A stretch of DNA of 64,000 bases, from the NCBI RefSeq assembly GCF_036321535.1, contig NC_087436.1:83950001-84014000 (forward strand), written 5' to 3'. This DNA comes from Camelus dromedarius. Its lineage: Eukaryota. Each line of letters opens with the position of its first letter. The stretch's first letter is position 1. Both the position numbers and the translations under genes were made by a program. The notes beneath the pieces were generated by a model that searched no databases, was not told the origin of the DNA, and worked only from the letters and a program-made list of their open reading frames with translations. Of this stretch, positions 63,434 through 64,000 are shown one piece after another.

Positions 63434-64000
63434 GTGAACAATAGTGAATGAGCAGATTTTTTTCATTTCAAGATGATTTTCAAGATTTAATCAATGCCAC
63501 TTGAATAATTTAAAAAGACTTATTAACCAATTAAGTCTATTGTAAAATAGAAGAAAGCAGAAAGAAGATTCAAGAACTACTGTAGAATGGAGGGAGAGGA
63601 ATCTGTTTCAGAATTACCTCCCACTTCTGATTTCCTATTTTCCTCCATCACCTAAGTTGCTATGCAATAGCCAATTTATTTAGGGAAGACCAGAGCCAGG
63701 AAATTTAAGTAAGGATACCCAAACTTCTATCTGACTTACTTGCCTCAGGCATCCTATTTATTAATATGTAATAAATATTTCACCCAATAAGTGATGCAGA
63801 TTACCTTCCTAGAATCCTCTCCTTCTTCTCATTGTGGACAGATACACAGCCTGCCCCTGGCGATCAGCTTTTCCAGTGCTTTTCTGCCCAGCATAACAGT
63901 AGTTGTCATCCCACATGCTGAACTCCCTCACCCACACCCTAGCCTTTTTTGGCCACGTCCTCTTGTGGCCAATCTTGAGCTACCACTCTCTCAGTTCTTT

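Noticed and set aside
1..64000. CRISPR array, operon or other prokaryotic/defence system
   Set aside because: The sequence is mammalian and repeat-rich, with no regularly spaced repeat-spacer units and no gene-dense or foreign-looking segment.
1..64000. Inferring a host gene's direction from repeat orientation bias
   Set aside because: Young L1s and LTRs occur in both orientations, and the numbers are too small to support intronic antisense bias.

Overview
This is mammalian nuclear DNA, not prokaryotic. It is most likely from a camelid (camel, alpaca or llama), based on two tRNA-Ala-derived Vic-1-type SINEs and several cetartiodactyl-type L1 3' ends. The window is AT-rich and CpG-poor, and much of it is interspersed repeat: L1, L2, MIR, MaLR/ERVL/ERV1 solo LTRs, hAT and Tigger MER elements, and microsatellites. 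I cannot support any intact protein-coding gene, RNA gene or CRISPR array. The ORF track is chance ORFs plus one decayed L1 ORF2 remnant, and repeat orientations are mixed, so the region looks intergenic or deeply intronic. The most unusual structure is a TSD-flanked 1.65-kb L1 in which the 5' UTR/promoter is fused directly to the 3' end with both ORFs missing (56383-58031). Next is a compound L1 insertion that may be a 3' transduction (40317-41215). Also noted are two same-family solo LTRs spaced like a provirus, and several repeat-free blocks rich in homeodomain motifs that may be enhancers. Subfamily names come from my recollection of consensus sequences, not from a database search, and boundaries of old repeats are approximate. 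I found no convincing novel biological system.
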